Shown: positions 9,249 to 18,834, numbered from the stretch's first letter. The stretch is 32,000 bases of DNA from an uncultured Actinomycetes bacterium (GCA_963843975.1 CAWJMG010000003.1:1530001-1562000); one strand, 5' to 3'. Translations and numbers: made by a program. The notes: a model not told the origin generated them from the sequence alone.

Positions 9249-9986
9249 CTACAGGTGCCGTCCGCCAGTGATCTCCAGGACGGCCCCCGTCATGTAGCTC
9301 GACAGGTCGCTCGCCAGGAACAGCACGACCGAGGCGACTTCCTCGGGCTCCCCCGCCCGCTGCATCGGGATCTCTGCCAGCTTCGCGTCCCAGACGTGCG
9401 GCGGCATGGCCTCCGTCATCGGGGTCCTGATGAGTCCCGGCGCCACGGCGTTGACCCGCACCCCGTCGTGAGCGACCTCCTTGGCCGCTGCCTTGGTGAG
9501 CCCGACGATGCCTGCCTTGGCCGCCGAGTAGTTCGTCTGACCGACGAAGCCGACCTTCCCGGAGATGGACGAGAGGTTGATGATCGATCCGCGCTTCTGG
9601 GCGCGCATGACCTCGGCCGCCGACCTGGTGCCGTTCCAGCACCCCTTGAGGTGCACGGCGACCACCTGGTCGAACTGCTCCTCCGTCATCTTGCGCATCG
9701 TGGCGTCCCGCGTGATGCCGGCGTTGTTGACCATCACATCGAGCGAGCCGTACCGGTCGACCGCGAACGACACCAGGTCGTTGACGTCCTGGGAGGACGT
9801 GACGTCGCACCGGGCACCGCTGGAGACGTGGGTGCCGAGCTCGTCGACCGCACGGGCCACCTGCGCCTCGTCGACGTCGCCGATCACCACCCGGGCGCCG
9901 TGGGCCACCAGCGTCGTGGCGATCGCGAGACCGATCCCCTGCGCACCGCCCGTCACGACGGCCGTCCGTCCCTCGAGGTCGATCAC
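9249..9986 (-). CDS. SDR-family oxidoreductase (3-oxoacyl-ACP reductase FabG-like)
   Basis: [12 protein letters not shown] and YSAAK motifs. GTG start overlaps the stop of the biotin carboxylase gene (GTGA at 9983-9986). Confidence 0.9.
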   Translation of the reverse strand: MIDLEGRTAVVTGGAQGIGLAIATTLVAHGARVVIGDVDEAQVARAVDELGTHVSSGARCDVTSSQDVNDLVSFAVDRYGSLDVMVNNAGITRDATMRKMTEEQFDQVVAVHLKGCWNGTRSAAEVMRAQKRGSIINLSSISGKVGFVGQTNYSAAKAGIVGLTKAAAKEVAHDGVRVNAVAPGLIRTPMTEAMPPHVWDAKLAEIPMQRAGEPEEVASVVLFLASDLSSYMTGAVLEITGGRHL

Positions 9987-11359
9987 GTCGTGCTCCCTGC
10001 GTCAGATGCCCACCAGCCGGATGCCAGGAGGTCTTCCACCGTGGTGGTCGTGGCGGTCCCAGCACGGACGTCGTCGTGCTCGAGCAGGCCGCGTGAGAAG
10101 CGCAGCGTCGTCGCGACGCCGGCGATGTGCGTCGCATCGATGGCGCCCACCGCCGCTCTGATGGCCGAGTCACGGTCCTCGGCGTGGACGAGCAGCTTCG
10201 CCAGCAAGGAGTCGTAGAAGGGCTGCACTATGGAGCCGTTCTCCACACCCGTGTCGATGCGCAGCCCTGGGCCCGACGGGAAGGTGCACGTCGTGAGAAG
10301 GCCTGGGGAGCCTGCGAATCCGGCACTCGGGTCCTCGGCGTTGATGCGGACCTCGAGCGCCACCCCGCGCGCGACGATGTCGTCCTGCACCAGGTCCAAC
10401 TGCTCGCCGAGCGCGGACCGGATCTGACGCTGCACCAGGTCGACGCCGGTCACCATCTCGGTGACCCCGTGCTCGACCTGGATCCTGGTGTTCATCTCGA
10501 TGAACGCCGCGGTGCCGTCGCCCGACACGAGGAACTCCACCGTCCCGGCGGAGTCGTACCCGACCGACCGGGCGAGGTCGACCGCGGCCCGGCAGAGCAG
10601 GTTGCGCGTGCCGGGGTCGAGACCCGGAGCGGGCGCCTCCTCGATCATCTTCTGCCTGCGTCGCTGCAGTGAGCAGTCTCGGTCGTAGAGGTGCACCACG
10701 TTCCCGTGCCGGTCGGCGAGGATCTGCACCTCGATGTGACGGACGTCGGTGAGCGCCTTCTCGAGGTACAGCGACGGATCGCCGAAGGCAGCCGCCACCT
10801 CGCGCTGCGCCGCGACGAAGGCGCCGGCGAGGGACACCTCGTCGGGCACGGGACGGATCCCTCGTCCGCCTCCACCCGCAGCCGCCTTGAGCAGCACGGG
10901 ATATCCCAGCGCGCCCGCGGCTGCGGCGGCGGAGTCAACACCGTCGAGCACGCCTGAGCCGGGCACGAGGGGGACGCCGGCGGCCTGCGCCGCCAGACGC
11001 GCTCGAGCCTTGTCCCCCATGAGGTCGATGACCTCCGGCCTCGGACCTATCCAGATCAGGCCTGCCTCGACAACGGCCCGTGCGAAGGCCGCGTTCTCGG
11101 AGAGGAAGCCGTACCCGGGATGCACGGCATCGGCGCCGCAGGCGAGCGCCGCGGCGAGCACGGCCTCCTGGGACAGATAGCTCTTGGCCGCCGGGGCCGG
11201 TCCGATCGCGACAGCGCTGTCGGCGAGGCGCACGTGCAGGGACTCGGCGTCGGCGTCGGAGTGGACGGCGACTGCCTCGAGACCCAGCTCGTGGCAGGCC
11301 CGGATCACGCGGACGGCGATCTCGCCCCGGTTCGCCACGAGCACTCGCACCGGCGTCAT
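9983..11359 (-). CDS. Biotin carboxylase (AccC-type ATP-grasp subunit)
   Basis: [53 protein letters not shown] overlap with the BCCP gene at 11356-11359. Confidence 0.92.
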   Translation of the reverse strand: MTPVRVLVANRGEIAVRVIRACHELGLEAVAVHSDADAESLHVRLADSAVAIGPAPAAKSYLSQEAVLAAALACGADAVHPGYGFLSENAAFARAVVEAGLIWIGPRPEVIDLMGDKARARLAAQAAGVPLVPGSGVLDGVDSAAAAAGALGYPVLLKAAAGGGGRGIRPVPDEVSLAGAFVAAQREVAAAFGDPSLYLEKALTDVRHIEVQILADRHGNVVHLYDRDCSLQRRRQKMIEEAPAPGLDPGTRNLLCRAAVDLARSVGYDSAGTVEFLVSGDGTAAFIEMNTRIQVEHGVTEMVTGVDLVQRQIRSALGEQLDLVQDDIVARGVALEVRINAEDPSAGFAGSPGLLTTCTFPSGPGLRIDTGVENGSIVQPFYDSLLAKLLVHAEDRDSAIRAAVGAIDATHIAGVATTLRFSRGLLEHDDVRAGTATTTTVEDLLASGWWASDAGSTT

Positions 11360-11610
11360 GCGCCGCCGAGACCGACGCGCGCCACGACACCACCCATGGC
11401 TACGACGTCGCCGTCCTCCACGAGGAACTCGAGAAGGGTGCCGTCGGCCCCGGCGGTAAGCTCGTGGAACATCTTCATCACCTCGATCACCCCGATCACC
11501 TCGCTCGTGATCACGCTCGCGCCCTCGAGCACGTACGGGGCAGACCCCGGCTCGGGCCGGCGGAAGAAGGTTCCGGGCATGCCCGTCACGACCTCGTGGA
11601 TCGTCGACAT
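11356..11610 (-). CDS. Biotin carboxyl carrier protein (short, biotinyl-domain only)
   Basis: 84 aa with the biotinylation motif IEVMKM in a typical biotinyl/lipoyl hammerhead context. Confidence 0.85.
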   Translation of the reverse strand: MSTIHEVVTGMPGTFFRRPEPGSAPYVLEGASVITSEVIGVIEVMKMFHELTAGADGTLLEFLVEDGDVVAMGGVVARVGLGGA

Positions 11611-11632
11611 CAGGAGTTCCTCTCGTGGTGGG

Positions 11633-12613
11633 TCACGGGTGCTCGCGGAGTGTGGCGACGGCTCGACCGATCCTCAGCGCGCGCTGCCGGCGGGCGGCGA
11701 GGGCCTCGTCGAGGGTCACCGGCACGAACACGACCTGGTCGGGGTACTTGGCCTGGGCGAGGACGTCGAGGTCGGCGGAGATGACGGTGCCGATCGTCGC
11801 GTAGCCACCACCGGTGACGGCGTCGCGGTGCAGGCAGATCAGCTCGGAGCCGCTGGGGGCCTGGATCGACCCGAGGGGGTAGCCCAGGTTGACCACGTTG
11901 CTCGGGTCGGCTCCCGCACCGAGCGGCGCCTCACGGTCGGCGAAGGTGAGCGAGGGGCCGGTCAGCCGGTACCCCGTGCGGTTCGCCTCCGGGCTCACGG
12001 TGAAGACGCCGCTGTGGAGGGCCTCGTCGGCCTCCGCCGTCAACCGGTAGTCGCACAGTCCGCGAGTCACCCGCAGCTCTCCCGCCGAAGGCGCCGGCCA
12101 GAGCTCCTCCGGCACCCGGGCTCCGATCGCGGCCTCCGCCGCCACCTCTATGCCGACCGGAAGCACGTCGCCGGCCTTCAGCGGCCGACCCGCATGCCCG
12201 CCGATGCCGGAGAGGACGTACGTCGAGCGGCTGCCCATGACGAGAGGGACGTCGATCCCTCCCCGGACCGCGAGGTACGCGCGGGCACCCGAGCGCATCA
12301 GGCCGAATCGGAGCTCCTGACCTGCCTCGACGTGCACCGCCGACCAGAGCGGCACCGCGTCGCCGTCCAGCGTCACGTCGATGTCGGCGCCCGTCACCGC
12401 GACGATCGCAGCATGTCCCCACCGCAGGACCGGACCGACGAAGGTGATCTCGAGCGTCGCAGCGGTGGCCGCGTTCCCGACGAGCGCGTTCGCCAGGTCG
12501 TGCGAGCAGAGGTCGAGAGCGCCGGACGGTGGCAGCCCCATGGCGTAGGTGCCGGGGCGCCCTCGGTCCTGGACGGTCGTGTAGAGCCCGGGCGACAGGA
12601 TCTCGATGCTCAC
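11633..12613 (-). CDS. pxpC: PxpC / KipA (allophanate hydrolase subunit 2, AHS2) family, biotin-dependent carboxyltransferase-like
   Basis: VSIEILSPGLYTTVQDRGRPG...GALD...NRTGYRL...GSIQ(x)PSG is typical of AHS2. The GTG at 12613 overlaps the pxpB stop (GTGA). The ORF-track extension to 13048 overlaps pxpB and is Arg-rich. Confidence 0.88.
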   Translation of the reverse strand: MSIEILSPGLYTTVQDRGRPGTYAMGLPPSGALDLCSHDLANALVGNAATAATLEITFVGPVLRWGHAAIVAVTGADIDVTLDGDAVPLWSAVHVEAGQELRFGLMRSGARAYLAVRGGIDVPLVMGSRSTYVLSGIGGHAGRPLKAGDVLPVGIEVAAEAAIGARVPEELWPAPSAGELRVTRGLCDYRLTAEADEALHSGVFTVSPEANRTGYRLTGPSLTFADREAPLGAGADPSNVVNLGYPLGSIQAPSGSELICLHRDAVTGGGYATIGTVISADLDVLAQAKYPDQVVFVPVTLDEALAARRQRALRIGRAVATLREHP

Positions 12614-13509
12614 GACAGCACCTCGAGCAGCGACGCGGTCGTGCTCTCGGGGGAGGCCTGGAAATCGCCGAGATCGAGCTCCACCGGGTGGATCCGATAG
12701 CGGTACGTGCCGCCCACGACCTGTCCGCGCACGTCCTCGTACTCGGACATGTCGATCGGTCGGTACTTGAAGATGTCGCCGCTGCGCGGGAGGACGGGGG
12801 AACCGCCGAAGTCCACGAGGCGGTGCTCGAGGTCGAAGACGGGCACCGCGCTGCGACCGAAGAGCTGGAAGCCGCCGGCTCCCCTCACGGGGTAGATCGT
12901 GGTGAATGCACCTCCGTGACCGACCGCGCGCTCCGGGGTGTCGGTGCGGGGCCGCAGGTACTTCGGCGTCTGCATCTGACGCTCGTCGGGCACGAGCTGG
13001 TAGCACTCGGCATTCCCCGGGACGAAGCCGAGGAAGGTCGCGATCCACGGCGCGGCGGAGTGCGCCTCGATGAACGAGTCGACGTCGTGCCCGTTGAGTC
13101 GTGCGCAGTACTCGAGGTCGTCCAGCTCCGGCGACTGGTGGCGGTCACGGAAGCGCATCAGCGTCTCGACGGTCCAGGGGTCTCGGTAGAGCACGGGGAT
13201 CTCGATCAAGCGCGCGCGGATGCGGAGGTGCTGGGTGCCGCCGGCGCGCCGGTGGAGGTCCTCGAGCACGGGGCGGAGCTGCCGAGGATCGATGACGTCC
13301 GGGTCGACCCGCAGCATGTAGCTCACGTGGGCAGGACAGATGTCGACGACGCCGTCGAGCTCGAGGCCGGCGAGCTCCTCCGTGATGGCCACCACGCGGA
13401 GGGTCGTCAGCAGGCTCATCCCCTCCGACAGCTCGACGAAGACGAACTCGTCGCCGCCGTGGCTGAGACGGGAACCGTCGCCCAGCGTCACGCGATCCGC
13501 GTCAGGCAC
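12610..13509 (-). CDS. pxpB: PxpB / KipI (allophanate hydrolase subunit 1, AHS1) family
   Basis: IEIPVLYRDPW, FLGFVPGNAECYQL and GGAFTTIYPVRGAGGFQLFGRS are AHS1-like. The start is assigned to the GTG at 13509 and is uncertain (alternative at 13491). It overlaps the pxpA stop by 8 nt. Confidence 0.8.
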   Translation of the reverse strand: MPDADRVTLGDGSRLSHGGDEFVFVELSEGMSLLTTLRVVAITEELAGLELDGVVDICPAHVSYMLRVDPDVIDPRQLRPVLEDLHRRAGGTQHLRIRARLIEIPVLYRDPWTVETLMRFRDRHQSPELDDLEYCARLNGHDVDSFIEAHSAAPWIATFLGFVPGNAECYQLVPDERQMQTPKYLRPRTDTPERAVGHGGAFTTIYPVRGAGGFQLFGRSAVPVFDLEHRLVDFGGSPVLPRSGDIFKYRPIDMSEYEDVRGQVVGGTYRYRIHPVELDLGDFQASPESTTASLLEVLS

Positions 13510-14280
13510 GAGCGTCCCCGATCTCCGCGGGCGCGTGGACAGAGCGGATGACGTGACCGGCGGACTCGACGCGCCTGCGCACGGCCCGCGCCACCTCGGG
13601 CGCGTTCGGGCGGTCGCCGTGGACGCAGATCGACTGCGGGGCCAGGGGAACACGCTTCCCGGACACCGTGACGACGTAGCCCTCGATGAGCGTCATCGCC
13701 CTGTCGGCCACGAGCTTCCGGGTCCTTCGCGGCCGGCACGGACTCGATGATGTTGACGCCGTCGTCGTCGTACTCGAGGTCGGCCGGCGCGTCGGTGACG
13801 ACGACCAGACCGGCGGCGCGGACGGCGTCGGCTGCCGCACCCGGTGCCGTGACGAGCGCCAGCCCGTCCTGCACCCCTTGGAGGGACCGAGCCAGGCGCA
13901 ACGCCAGCTTCCGGGGAGCCGGCCACCTGGCCGTAGAGCGAGCCGTGCGGCTTCACGTGCGTGAGCCGCACGCCCTCCGTCGCCGCGATCGCCTGCAGCG
14001 CACCGGTCTGGTAGAGGATGTAGTCGACGGCGTCGTCCTCCGACACCGCGAAGCGTCGCCGACCGAACCCCAGGAGGTCGGGGTAGCCCGGGTGCGCCCC
14101 GACGGCCACGCCGGCGTCCCGGGCGAGGACAACGGACGTCCGCATGTGGGCGGGGTCGCCCGCGTGGAAGCCGCACGCGATGTTGACGGTCGTGACGAGC
14201 TGCAGGAGCTCGGCGTCCGACCCGAGGATCCAGCGGCCGAAGCTCTCTCCTGCGTCCGCGTTGATGTCGACGTAGGCCAT
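13502..14280 (-). pseudogene. pxpA: PxpA / LamB-YcsF family lactamase (5-oxoprolinase subunit A-like), split over three frames by two 1-nt insertions
   Basis: Frame 1 (14280 to ~13915): [15 protein letters not shown]...[11 protein letters not shown]...[17 protein letters not shown]. Frame 2 (~13908 to ~13722): [10 protein letters not shown]...[20 protein letters not shown]. Frame 3 (to 13502): [12 protein letters not shown]...SICVHGDRPNAPEVA. Joined, these give a colinear full-length LamB-family protein. Confidence 0.85.
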
Positions 14281-14324
14281 GGGCTGGGTCTCCCTCGTGT
14301 GGTCGTACGGGTCGTCGGACGTCG

Positions 14325-16283
14325 TCACGGCGCGACCGGGGAGGTCGTGGACAGTGCGCGGTCGAGGGCCTCGACGTACAGGTCGACGTGCTCGCGCCGG
14401 AACGTCATGGGGGGCTTGATCTTCAGGACGTTGTCCCGGCTGCCCGTGGGGTAGGTCAGCACGCCGTCGTCCTTGAGCGCCTCGGTGACCGCGAGCGCCT
14501 CGCTGACGGCGGGCTCCTTCGTGGCACGGTCACGGACCAGCTCGACGCCGAGGTACAGGCCATGCCCCCGAACGTCCCCGACCAGCTCGTGGCGTCCGGC
14601 CAGCGAACGCAGCTCCTCGAGCATGTAGCCCCCCACGTCCAGGGCGTTCGCCTGCAGGCCGTCGTCCTCGACGATGTCCAGGACCGCCGTGCCGATCGCG
14701 CAGGACACCGGGTTGCCGCCGAAGGTGTTGAAGTACCTCACACCGTCGTCGAACGCGTCCGCGATCTCACGAGTGGTGACGACGACGGCGAGCGGATGGC
14801 CGTTGCCGAGCGGCTTGCCCATCGTGACGATGTCCGGCACGACGCCGTGGCTCTCGAAGCCCCAGAAGTGGGTGCCCAGCCTTCCGACCCCGACCTGCAC
14901 CTCGTCGGAGATGCACAACGCCCCCTCTGCCCGGGCGGCAGCGAAGGCGGTGGCGAGGAAGCCCTCGGGCAGCCTGATGTTCCCCGCCGTGCCCATGAGC
15001 GACTCGGCGATAAACGCTGCCGGTGCGCGGTCCTGGGCGACGAGGCCGCGGATGACGTCCGCCGCGTCCTGCCCGTACCTCATGCCGGCCTGGGGGTCGT
15101 CCTTGCCGTAGGCGCCGCGGTAGAGGTCGGGCGTGGCGACCTCGTGGGTGGTATCGGGCCTGCCCCGTCCCCCGCTCCCCTTGTAGCGGTTGGGGCTGAT
15201 GCCCATCACGGCGGCCGTGTTGCCGTGATACGCGCCGTCGATGACGACGACGTCCTGCCGTCCCGTCACCTGTCGACTGATGCGCAGCGCCAGGTCATTG
15301 GCCTCGCTTCCCGTGCAGACCAGGAAGACGACCTCGAGGGGTGCGGGCAGAGTCGCCACCAGACGCTGGGCGTAGGTTGCCATGCCCTCGTAGAGGAAGC
15401 GGCTGTTGGTGTTCAGCTTGTGCAGCTGGCGGGATGCCGCAGCGACGACCCGGGGCTCGGCGTGCCCGACGTGGGTGACGTTGTTGATCGAGTCTAGGTA
15501 GGCGAGGCCGTTTTCGTCGTACATCCACACGTCGCGCCCACGCACCAGCTTCGGCGGACGCCGATAGTACGCGCGCTGCGAGCGCGCGAGCCTCATGTCG
15601 CGCATGGCCACGACATCGACCGCTCGAAGGCGCGCGACGCCAGCATGAGCATCCGGGATCCCCAACAGCGACAACGGATCGAGCTGCCCGTCGAGGACAC
15701 CGTCCGCCGAGAGCTCGGACGGCCGTACCCACTGCCTCGGGTCGCCGACCGGACCGGTGTGGACCTGGACCTGGACCGAGGACCCCAGCGGGTCGCCGTC
15801 ATCGGCAACGGCTGCGGTTCCGATGGCATCCCCGGGGGCCAGGAGGTCGCCGGTGGCCACGTCGACGTCGAGCCCGAACCAGCACGACCAGAGGTCGCTG
15901 CCCGCCGATCCAGCCGCAGGGTGCCGGAGGACCAGCGGCCCCTCGCTGGCGGCCTCCACCACGGACGCTACCGGCGCCACGAGCCGCTCGCCGGCGGCCA
16001 TCAGGAGCATGCAGCCCGCTTGGACCGTCGCCGGCTCGAGGGCGCCCTGTCGACGTCGCGCAGCACGGGGCATGAGCGGGGTCAGGTGCGCCACGATCCC
16101 CGCTCGCTCGCGACGGTCGCCCAGCAGCCCGAGGACCGCTGCCTCGAGCGCTTCCCCGTCGGTGAGGTCGAGGTCGTCGAAGAGGTCACTCTCGGGTCGG
16201 AGGTCGACATCGCGCCACACCACCGGCCGTGCCAGCGGCCCGCCGTCGTGCACGGACAGCCCGTCTGCAGAGACCTGGCTCAT
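14325..16283 (-). CDS. Class-III aminotransferase-fold PLP enzyme (phospho-lyase-like) with a ~215-aa N-terminal M23-like domain
   Basis: C-terminal ~435 aa carry class-III AT motifs ([25 protein letters not shown]-lysine [11 protein letters not shown]). The N-terminal part has a degenerate LytM/M23-like pattern (LVLRHPAAG...[13 protein letters not shown]...VQVQVH). The ATG at 16283 overlaps the kinase stop (ATGA). Confidence 0.85.
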   Translation of the reverse strand: MSQVSADGLSVHDGGPLARPVVWRDVDLRPESDLFDDLDLTDGEALEAAVLGLLGDRRERAGIVAHLTPLMPRAARRRQGALEPATVQAGCMLLMAAGERLVAPVASVVEAASEGPLVLRHPAAGSAGSDLWSCWFGLDVDVATGDLLAPGDAIGTAAVADDGDPLGSSVQVQVHTGPVGDPRQWVRPSELSADGVLDGQLDPLSLLGIPDAHAGVARLRAVDVVAMRDMRLARSQRAYYRRPPKLVRGRDVWMYDENGLAYLDSINNVTHVGHAEPRVVAAASRQLHKLNTNSRFLYEGMATYAQRLVATLPAPLEVVFLVCTGSEANDLALRISRQVTGRQDVVVIDGAYHGNTAAVMGISPNRYKGSGGRGRPDTTHEVATPDLYRGAYGKDDPQAGMRYGQDAADVIRGLVAQDRAPAAFIAESLMGTAGNIRLPEGFLATAFAAARAEGALCISDEVQVGVGRLGTHFWGFESHGVVPDIVTMGKPLGNGHPLAVVVTTREIADAFDDGVRYFNTFGGNPVSCAIGTAVLDIVEDDGLQANALDVGGYMLEELRSLAGRHELVGDVRGHGLYLGVELVRDRATKEPAVSEALAVTEALKDDGVLTYPTGSRDNVLKIKPPMTFRREHVDLYVEALDRALSTTSPVAP

Positions 16284-17350
16284 GCCTGCTCGCTCCTCAA
16301 CCTGTCGAGCGCCCGGGCCGGGTGCACCCCGGCCAGCTGGGCGATCGCCGGCCACGTGTGGCGCATCCGCTCGCGGCCGTACTCGTCGTCATTCCCAGAC
16401 GTGCGACGCGTCCAGGTGGTCGCGTTCACGCAGAGGCGGGCGGCGGCGACGGGGAGCACCACCTCGATCTCCGCGTCCGACAGCGGCGCGAGCGACCGCC
16501 AGCCGGCGACCACCGAGGCCAGCGCCCCTACGGCATCCGGCTGACGGAGCACCGCGTAGGCGGCCGCCACGATGAGCTCGGCGACCCTGACCGAGCTGAG
16601 CGTGTCGCCGAAGTCGAGGACGCCGGTCAGCCGCTGGCCGCCCTCGGGCGTGCTCTCGACGAGAAGGTTGAAGTCGTTGAGGTCCTGGTGCACGACCGCG
16701 CCGGGCAGGGCGCAGAGGCGCGGCAGCGCGGTGCCGAAGGCCTCCATGATGCGGGCGACGTGGTCGCGCCGGACGCCGTCGTCGACCGACCCGACGCTCA
16801 CGGCGACGGCCTCGTCGGCCCGCCGGAGGTCCCAGTAGTGCGTGGCGGGCACCGCCGACGGCGGGAGCCCCTCGAGCGCGAGCGCGACCCGCGCGGCCAG
16901 GCGACCCGTCTCGACCAGCTGGTCGCGGGCGGGCGGCCCGGCCGAGGCCACCATGCGGCCGGGGAGCCAGGACTGGACACGGACGACCTGACCGTCGCCG
17001 GCGTTGACCTGGAGGCTGCCGTCCCGTGCCCTGACCAGACGTGGCACGGGCAGCGAGGGATCGGTGGCAGCGACGTGGTCCAGGACGACGGCCTGCCATT
17101 CCTGCCCGGCCGGGCCCACCTTGACGAGGTGGGCCCGGCCGTCGGCAGCGACGACCCGGAGGTTGCGGTCGACGTCGCCACCGAGAGACACAGCGGTGGC
17201 GGCCTCGATCCCGTACGCGTCGTGGAGCAGGCCGCGCAGACCGTCGAGCGGGTCAGGCGTGGTCACGCCGTTGGCCGTCCCGGCAGAAGTGCGCACACTC
17301 GCCAGCCAACCACCGCGCGGCGGTCGGGGGCATGTGGCGTGAGAGGACAT
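16280..17350 (-). CDS. APH-fold phosphotransferase (aminoglycoside/hydroxylysine-kinase-like)
   Basis: Catalytic loop VVHQDLNDFNLLV and metal-binding VLDFGDT. ATG at 17350 preferred, with AGGGG upstream. Confidence 0.8.
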   Translation of the reverse strand: MSSHATCPRPPRGGWLASVRTSAGTANGVTTPDPLDGLRGLLHDAYGIEAATAVSLGGDVDRNLRVVAADGRAHLVKVGPAGQEWQAVVLDHVAATDPSLPVPRLVRARDGSLQVNAGDGQVVRVQSWLPGRMVASAGPPARDQLVETGRLAARVALALEGLPPSAVPATHYWDLRRADEAVAVSVGSVDDGVRRDHVARIMEAFGTALPRLCALPGAVVHQDLNDFNLLVESTPEGGQRLTGVLDFGDTLSSVRVAELIVAAAYAVLRQPDAVGALASVVAGWRSLAPLSDAEIEVVLPVAAARLCVNATTWTRRTSGNDDEYGRERMRHTWPAIAQLAGVHPARALDRLRSEQA

Positions 17351-17395
17351 CGCACCCCTGTCGTTGTGGGCTCGACACAACAACGTCTCCAGTCG

Positions 17396-18721
17396 TCAGC
17401 CGGAGGTGCCGTCGTAGGCCCACGGCGCCCAGGGCAGCGGGGCGCCCGCGTACTTGGTCGCCCGCACGTCACCGGATCGGGCGTGCCCCTCGAAGAGCTC
17501 CACGCGGCTCGCCCGCCCGCACATCTCGCCGAGCTGCGCGCTGGAGAAGGTGTCGCGCACCTCCTGGTAGGTGACGGTCTTCAGGTACTTGCCCACCCAC
17601 AGTCCGCCGGTGTAGCGCGCGCTCTTCCGGGTGGGCAGGGTGTGGTTGGTCCCAATCACCTTGTCGCCGTATGACACGCACGTGCCCTCGCCCAGGAACA
17701 GGGCGCCGTAGTCGCGCATTTTCTCCAGCGCCTCACGAGGCTCCTGGGTCAGGATCTGAACGTGCTCGCTCGCGAACTCGTCGGCCAGCGCGTACGCGTC
17801 GTCGAGGTCGTCCACGACGATGACCTGGCCGTGGTCGCGCCAGGCAGGTCCCGCGAAGTCGCGCGTCGGCATGTCGGGGAGGATCCGCTCGACGAGCGCC
17901 ATCACCTCACGGGCGAGCGGCTCCGAGGTCGTGATGAGGATGGCCGGCGAGTCCGGTCCGTGCTCGGCCTGGCTCAGGAGGTCCACCGCCACGACGAAGG
18001 GGTCGGCGTGCTCGTCGGCGACGATCAGGATCTCCGTCGGCCCGGCCAGCAGGTCGATGCCCACCTCGCCGAAGAGCTGGCGCTTGGCCTCGGCAACGTA
18101 CGCGTTGCCCGGCCCGGCAAGGAGGTCGACCTTGCCGATCGTCTCGGTGCCCAGCGACATCGCGGCGACGGCCTGCACACCGCCCAGGAGGTGGATCTCG
18201 TCGGCGCCGGCGAGATGTAGTGCGGCGACCGTCGCCTCGGGGATCTCGCCGCGGATGGGGGGCGTGCAGGCGGTGACCCGCTCGACGCCCGCGACCTTGG
18301 CGGTCACGACGGTCATGTGAGCCGAGGCGACGAGGGGGTAGCGGCCACCGGGCACGTAGGCGCCCGAGGCACGGACCGGGATGTTCTTCTGCCCGAGGAA
18401 GACGCCGGGACCGGTCTCGACCTCGAAGTCGTGGAGGGAGTCGCGCTGGTGCTGCGCGAACGTGCGCACGTTGGACTGGACGGCCTTGATGTCGGCGATG
18501 ACCTGCATGGGAACTCGCGCCACGATGCGCTCGACCTCCTCGGCGCTCAGCCGGAACTGCGGGGGCGACCATCCGTCGAACTTCTCCGAGTACTCGCGCA
18601 CGGCCTCGTCCCCGCGGGCGCGGACGTCGGCGACGACCGAGGCCACGGTCTCGCTCACGTCGGCGATCGTGACCGTGCCGGGCTTCGCGGGCTGGGCGGT
18701 CTTGATGCTGTTCCTGGCCAT
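17396..18721 (-). CDS. Histidinol-dehydrogenase-family NAD-dependent dehydrogenase (HisD paralog)
   Basis: 441 aa with SQAEHGPDS, GDKVIGTNHTLPT and LHLAGADEIHLLGGVQAVAAM. RBS AAGGAG lies 7 nt upstream of the ATG. Its catabolic context argues for a paralog rather than the biosynthetic hisD. Confidence 0.85.
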   Translation of the reverse strand: MARNSIKTAQPAKPGTVTIADVSETVASVVADVRARGDEAVREYSEKFDGWSPPQFRLSAEEVERIVARVPMQVIADIKAVQSNVRTFAQHQRDSLHDFEVETGPGVFLGQKNIPVRASGAYVPGGRYPLVASAHMTVVTAKVAGVERVTACTPPIRGEIPEATVAALHLAGADEIHLLGGVQAVAAMSLGTETIGKVDLLAGPGNAYVAEAKRQLFGEVGIDLLAGPTEILIVADEHADPFVVAVDLLSQAEHGPDSPAILITTSEPLAREVMALVERILPDMPTRDFAGPAWRDHGQVIVVDDLDDAYALADEFASEHVQILTQEPREALEKMRDYGALFLGEGTCVSYGDKVIGTNHTLPTRKSARYTGGLWVGKYLKTVTYQEVRDTFSSAQLGEMCGRASRVELFEGHARSGDVRATKYAGAPLPWAPWAYDGTSG

Positions 18722-18766
18722 GCTGTGACTCCTTCGCGAGTACCTGATGTGCCTCCACCGTCGCCC

Positions 18767-18778
18767 GCATACGTATGC
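18767..18778. promoter_or_regulatory. Perfect 12-bp palindrome GCATACGTATGC (candidate LacI-family operator O1)
   Basis: Read directly. It has the central CG typical of LacI-family operators. It lies immediately downstream of a TTGACC -35-like hexamer on the minus strand (18781-18786), upstream of the HisD-like gene. Confidence 0.55.
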
Positions 18779-18822
18779 CGGTCAAGGTGCTAATGTGATG
18801 AATCCAGAGCAATCCACCCGTT

Positions 18823-18834
18823 GACTACGTATGC
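18823..18834. promoter_or_regulatory. Imperfect copy GACTACGTATGC of the same palindrome (candidate operator O2)
   Basis: Matches O1 at 10 of 12 positions. It lies 10 nt upstream of the regulator GTG start at 18844 and overlaps a TTGACT hexamer. Confidence 0.45.

Noticed and set aside
242-12700. Other long shadow ORFs (242..1690 +, 1485..2657 +, 2839..4665 -, 4760..5653 -, 6242..7477 -, 7458..9107 -, 9154..10173 -, 11120..12700 +)
   Set aside because: All lie opposite, or out of frame with, genes carrying strong family signatures. All have low-complexity Arg/Gly/Pro-rich composition.
13700-13920. Programmed ribosomal frameshifting as the explanation for the split genes
   Set aside because: There is no slippery heptamer or downstream pseudoknot. 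The same one-base-duplication pattern hits at least five unrelated genes on both strands. An error or hotspot is far more parsimonious.
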